Assembly: GCA_964466835.1 (NCBI GenBank)
Contig: CAYXNV010000006.1
Location: 1-50,668, forward strand
Reading direction: 5' to 3'
Length of the DNA stretch: 50,668 bases
Origin: an uncultured Gammaproteobacteria bacterium
Lineage (GTDB): Bacteria > Patescibacteriota > Patescibacteriia > Patescibacteriales > UBA12465
The translations under genes were made by a program, and so were the position numbers. Shown here in pieces: positions 46,510 through 50,668 of this stretch (the stretch's first letter is position 1; each line of letters begins with the position of its first letter). The notes under the pieces were generated by a model. That model was not told where the DNA came from and made no database searches. It saw only the letters and a list, made by a program, of their open reading frames with translations.

Positions 46510-47286
46510 ATGATTCATTTTTTCACGGTTGCTTTTTATCAACCCCTGTTAAATCTATTGGTTTGGCTCTACAACACTGTTTCTTTTGGTGATTTTGGAG
46601 TCGCCGTAATCCTTTTAACAGTTGTTATTAAAGTTGTTTTATGGCCCCTGGGGCAGAAATCAATTAAATCTCAAAAAGCTTTAACTGATTTACAACCAAA
46701 GATTGATGAGGTAAAGAAAAAATATAAAGGCAACCAAAAAGAACTAGGGAAAGCAATGATGGAGTTATATAAAGAGAATAAAGTTAATCCTTTTTCTTCT
46801 TGTTTGCCTCTATTAATCCAACTTCCCTTCTTGTTTGCTGTTTATCGAGTCTTCCGCGATGGTGTTAATAATAATTTAGATTTAGTCTATTCTTTTATTT
46901 ATCGACCGGAAACAATTAATACAATTTCTTTTGGTTTTGTTGATTTAGCGCAAAAGAATATCTATTTAGCTCTTTTAGCTGGTGTCGCTCAATTTTGGCA
47001 AGCTAAAATGATGATTGCTAAAAAACCCAAGACTAAAACTCCTGGCTCTAAAGATGAAAGTATGGCTGCCATCATGAATAAGCAAATGCTTTATTTCATG
47101 CCAGTCCTAACAGTTTTCATTGGTGCTTCTCTTCCTGGTGGTTTAACTTTATATTGGTTCGTAGTCACTCTTCTAACAGCTGTGCAGCAAGTAATCGTGT
47201 TTAAGTCTCAAAAGAAAAAGAAGGATAAAGATGATAATAAAGATAAGAATAATACAGTAGTAGAGGGAGAATTGGTTAAATCATAA
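46510..47286 (+). CDS. yidC: YidC/Oxa1 insertase (short form)
   Basis: LQPKI, NPFSSCLPLLIQLP, GLTLYW. Confidence 0.95.
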   Translation: MIHFFTVAFYQPLLNLLVWLYNTVSFGDFGVAVILLTVVIKVVLWPLGQKSIKSQKALTDLQPKIDEVKKKYKGNQKELGKAMMELYKENKVNPFSSCLPLLIQLPFLFAVYRVFRDGVNNNLDLVYSFIYRPETINTISFGFVDLAQKNIYLALLAGVAQFWQAKMMIAKKPKTKTPGSKDESMAAIMNKQMLYFMPVLTVFIGASLPGGLTLYWFVVTLLTAVQQVIVFKSQKKKKDKDDNKDKNNTVVEGELVKS

Positions 47287-47418
47287 AAAAATACTTATAT
47301 ATTAAAAAAACAACTGTTTGAACAGTTGTTTTTTGTTTCATTGACAAACTATATAAATATTATTAATATATTATATTAATATTGAACTTTGAAAATATAA
47401 ACTAAAACTTAGATAACG

Positions 47419-48195
47419 ATGAAAAAAGATGTTAAATTACTACTTAAAGAAGTTAAAAAAGGGGCGGGAGAATTGAGAGCTGATGCCTTAGGAAAATACG
47501 CAAAGCTTATCTACTATGCCTTGCTCCTAGTATTAATAATTATTTTAATTTTTATTGCTTTTCATATACAATCCATAAAAGAAACAGCGAGTATATCCAC
47601 TATTTTTTGGTGGGGCGCTGGTTTAATGGCAACAGTTGGCTTGGTTATTTATTTTATTAAACGTTTTGGGAAAGAAACCAAAACTATCAGATCCTTTTTA
47701 GTGTTTTGGTGTTCTTATAATAGAACAGCTCAAAAAGACCGGTTACTTTCTAAACGAGTGGAATATGAGAGAAAAATAAATGAAGCTCATGAGGTGGCTC
47801 TTGGTGTGAAAACTATTCAAATGATTATCATGAATTTTTTTCTGCAAATAGATGTCGGGTTTAAAGAGGCAAAAGAAAAATATGGTCAAGCAGACTCATT
47901 CAATGTCAATTATGACATGTTGCTAGAGTGTTTTGCTTGGCAAACAAAGGGCATTGAATTGTTGATTGCAGAAAAATATCCAGAAGTTGATCAAGATATG
48001 ATTAAAGCAACATTGAAAACATATTTTAAAACATTGAAGAGATCACTTGCTAATGTTGTAAAATATGACAAGAATGAAAAGGACGAGATAGAAAATTTAA
48101 TTAATTCTCTTTTTAACAATGTCAGGGAGTTAATTAAAGCAACTTATAAAAGAAGAATTGAGATAGCGGGATCGCTATTAAACACAGAATTCTAA
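47419..48195 (+). CDS. Hypothetical two-TM protein (stand-alone unit)
   Basis: 258 aa; follows the yidC terminator (about 47304-47334); TTGACA at 47341. Confidence 0.7.
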   Translation: MKKDVKLLLKEVKKGAGELRADALGKYAKLIYYALLLVLIIILIFIAFHIQSIKETASISTIFWWGAGLMATVGLVIYFIKRFGKETKTIRSFLVFWCSYNRTAQKDRLLSKRVEYERKINEAHEVALGVKTIQMIIMNFFLQIDVGFKEAKEKYGQADSFNVNYDMLLECFAWQTKGIELLIAEKYPEVDQDMIKATLKTYFKTLKRSLANVVKYDKNEKDEIENLINSLFNNVRELIKATYKRRIEIAGSLLNTEF

Positions 48196-48203
48196 TAAAG
48201 TTC

Positions 48204-48238
48204 AAACAAGAAGACCAATAAACAAGAAGACCAATAAA
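48204..48238 (+). repeat. 16-bp tandem duplication
   Basis: AAACAAGAAGACCAAT twice, in the 5' arm of a terminator-like hairpin. Confidence 0.85.
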
Positions 48239-48275
48239 TGGCCTTCTTTTTATTTTAATTTATTAATTTGTGTTT

Positions 48276-50111
48276 TTAATTCTCTATAGTTGAAGTAGCT
48301 ATTTTTTCGGTGCTGGTAGCTTCTACACCAAGAAGACAAACCTCTTGCCAAGGAACGTAATGAGAGGTGAAGCGCACTTCCTTTTTTAGGGGGGTGGTGG
48401 TAGCTCCTTCAGGGTAAGTGACAATATAATCAAAATAAGCATCAGCACCATTATGAGAATGTTCAGTACATTTTTTTTCTCCTGGTGGTAGCTCAGTTGT
48501 TTCTACAATTTTAGTTGGTTCAGGTTTTACAATGTTAAAAATAGTTGGCTGGGTGCTAGTAGCGATTCGGCCATCTTTAATTCCCCAAAAATCAAAGTAT
48601 AAATCATTACGGTCCTCTATCCTGGCTTGAATTAGAATATAATTACCAGTATCATTCATAAATTTAACATCTGGCCAAGGGTCATAGACGGCCGCATCTG
48701 TGCCAGCTGGCTCATAATAGCTAACGCGATAGGAATGGTTACGTCGGGCAGTAATTGGTAAGCCAGAAGCTAAGGCAGTTCTAAAGATAGTAGTACCTAT
48801 TTGGCAAAGACCACCCCCATATTCTGGGATAGTTTCATTTCCTTTAATAACTAATTCTGGTAGATAATCAGATGTTTCGTCTATTACCCCCAGTGTTTGG
48901 ACCAAAGAAAACTCTTCATCAGGCTTAACTAAAATTCCATGAACAGAATCAGCCCCAATTTTAATATTATGACGCCTATTATCTGGTGAGCCCGCGAAAT
49001 TAGAGTAGCCAGTACCAATTATTTCTTTAATTTGGAAGCCAGATTCAGGAATATATTCATCATTAGTTATATCTTCTATCTCTAAAGAAATTTTTCTTTC
49101 TCCTACTAATAGTTCCTTGGTTATTTTTAGGTAACTTTCTTCAATTTTTAATTTTCGACCATCTTCACCAGTAATCCAGCTAGTCACCTTATTGTCTTCA
49201 ATTTCAAATTTAGGTCTAATTACTTCTTTATCAATTTCGGGGGCGACCTCAATTTCTAAATACTCTTTTACTTTATTAGAATCAAGAGATAATATTAATT
49301 TCTTCTTTTCTTTTTTGGCGATAAACCAGGTTATTAGTTTAGCTGGTTTTATTCTCCAGGTTTTTTTACCAAAGATTAATGATAGGTTCCCTTTGCTAAT
49401 AACTTTTTCCGCTTCATCTTCTAATATACTTAAATCAGCCTCTTTCACTTCTGGATACTTAGTTTGAGTTTTTATAATTATAACCTCTTCTTTGAGTAGA
49501 TTTAGATTATTTTTTAAATTAAAAAATATTTGTTCATAATCTATTTCTTTACCAATTCTTTCAGGACTAGTTTTTAATTTAATTTCTCCTTCTTTATTAT
49601 CTACGATAGAAAATTGAGCGTTAATTGGAGGAATTTCTAATTCAGGGAAATTTTCTGTGATTAATTCTTTTATTAATTTTTCATCTAGAGTATAAACAGC
49701 TGTGATTTGTCTTTTTTCTTTTGATTTCAATTTGTGATCTAAATAATCCCAAAAGTTTTGGCTAATTTTATTTTCAAATGCTCGCGCAGTCGTTTCATTA
49801 ATATCAAAGAATAGAGTGGGGGCTGATAAGTCAGAATCAAAGGAAGAAACAACAGATTCAAGCACTATTTCTTTATCATTATATTTAAATGTTATCCCAT
49901 TATTTTCTATTTGTTTGGTTTGTTTAGCAATTATTTCTTTTGCTTCAGCAAAGCTTAGTCCACTCAAATCAAAATCACCCAGTGTTATGCCGGGATAGAC
50001 ACGATGATAGTAATTTTTTTTCCAGATTAGATAGTTGCTGATTGAGAAAACAAGCAACAAAAAAACCATTAGAGCGACAATGGTTCTTCCTGGGTGCCGT
50101 TTTTTATTCAT
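48276..50111 (-). CDS. VanW-family protein with peptidoglycan-binding region
   Basis: GGGLCQIGTT, RRNHS, GTDA, DVKFMNDT; N-terminal TM. Confidence 0.9.
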   Translation of the reverse strand: MNKKRHPGRTIVALMVFLLLVFSISNYLIWKKNYYHRVYPGITLGDFDLSGLSFAEAKEIIAKQTKQIENNGITFKYNDKEIVLESVVSSFDSDLSAPTLFFDINETTARAFENKISQNFWDYLDHKLKSKEKRQITAVYTLDEKLIKELITENFPELEIPPINAQFSIVDNKEGEIKLKTSPERIGKEIDYEQIFFNLKNNLNLLKEEVIIIKTQTKYPEVKEADLSILEDEAEKVISKGNLSLIFGKKTWRIKPAKLITWFIAKKEKKKLILSLDSNKVKEYLEIEVAPEIDKEVIRPKFEIEDNKVTSWITGEDGRKLKIEESYLKITKELLVGERKISLEIEDITNDEYIPESGFQIKEIIGTGYSNFAGSPDNRRHNIKIGADSVHGILVKPDEEFSLVQTLGVIDETSDYLPELVIKGNETIPEYGGGLCQIGTTIFRTALASGLPITARRNHSYRVSYYEPAGTDAAVYDPWPDVKFMNDTGNYILIQARIEDRNDLYFDFWGIKDGRIATSTQPTIFNIVKPEPTKIVETTELPPGEKKCTEHSHNGADAYFDYIVTYPEGATTTPLKKEVRFTSHYVPWQEVCLLGVEATSTEKIATSTIEN

Positions 50112-50112
50112 A

Positions 50113-50529
50113 TTAATCTTTGGATTTTACCTTGATTTGGCCTGGTTTACTTTTATATAAAGTAACTGTTAGTACTCCATTTTCTAATTCAGCTTCTACT
50201 CGTTTATTATCTACTTCTGAGGGAAGAATGATTGAACGGGAGAAAGAACCCCAATAACATTCCCGATATAAATAATCTTCTTCACTAATTTCTGTGCTGG
50301 AACCTCGGTGCCCCTTAATAGAGAGAAGATCATTGTGTAGGGATATTTTTAAATCTTCTGGCTTAGCGCCAGCGATGGTAGATTTAATTATTATTTTCTT
50401 ATCAGTTTGATATACATCAATCGCTAACTGTCCTTCAGCTTCTGGCTCTTCTTCAATCCATTCACTAATTGCCGGAGCTTCTTTTTCAGTTACTAGATTT
50501 TGTTTCTTTGTTTTTTTTGAAAAAAGCAT
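50113..50529 (-). CDS. Hsp20/alpha-crystallin small heat-shock protein
   Basis: IDVYQ, GSFSRSIILP, AELENGVLTV; start moved to MLF. Confidence 0.93.
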   Translation of the reverse strand: MLFSKKTKKQNLVTEKEAPAISEWIEEEPEAEGQLAIDVYQTDKKIIIKSTIAGAKPEDLKISLHNDLLSIKGHRGSSTEISEEDYLYRECYWGSFSRSIILPSEVDNKRVEAELENGVLTVTLYKSKPGQIKVKSKD

Positions 50530-50608
50530 ATGTATATAATTTAGCAATTATTAAGATAAAAGTAAATAATTTAAACAAAAAACACCTCTAGTTTATTAGA
50601 AATGTTTT

Positions 50609-50668
50609 TGGTGGACTCGGCCCGACTCGAACGGGCGACCTCTACGATGTCAACGTAGCGCTCTAACC
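50609..50668 (-). tRNA. tRNA-Val(GAC), 5' end cut by the window edge
   Basis: CTACG-TTGACAT-CGTAG anticodon arm, T arm, encoded CCA. Confidence 0.93.

Noticed and set aside
7425-47286. Alternative genetic code (UGA=Gly)
   Set aside because: Conserved genes are full length under code 11, and TGA serves as a plausible stop (e.g. folD).
511-49998. Antisense and shadow ORFs (e.g. 511-798, 8216-8491, 11816-12076, 27101-27649, 32788-33267, 33418-33885, 35392-35718, 49192-49467)
   Set aside because: They overlap well-supported genes and show no recognisable motifs.
48276-50111. Vancomycin-resistance locus
   Set aside because: VanW domain alone, without vanHAX/RS genes; a common cell-wall-associated protein.

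Overview
AT-rich window, most likely from a Patescibacteria/CPR (Parcubacteria-like) chromosome using genetic code 11; the taxon is inferred from gene content. Positions 82-6089 hold a ~6 kb tyrosine-integrase element bounded by 30-bp tRNA-Gly-like repeats. It carries a six-gene putative defence operon (RelE/HigB, XRE-HTH, DUF6941-like, DpnI, Zn ribbon, HEPN-motif protein). Next come an HTH-LAGLIDADG-like gene, tRNA-Gly, tRNA-Leu, tmRNA, smpB and tig. The middle is mostly housekeeping (hppA, nusA, gdhA, trxA, recQ, folD, glyA, glgP), including Elp3 and a Trm9/ALKBH8-like methyltransferase in one co-oriented run. A small accessory patch lies downstream of tRNA-His/Arg. The right end holds PBP1A, dnaN-oriC-dnaA-rpmH-rnpA-yidD-yidC and a truncated tRNA-Val. 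Best leads: the defence operon, an array of tRNA-3'-end-delimited cassettes, a possible eukaryote/archaea-type Elp3+Trm9 wobble-uridine pathway, an Ile-rich leader-peptide attenuator, and boxA-like motifs before accessory genes. All family calls come from motif recognition by eye, not database searches.
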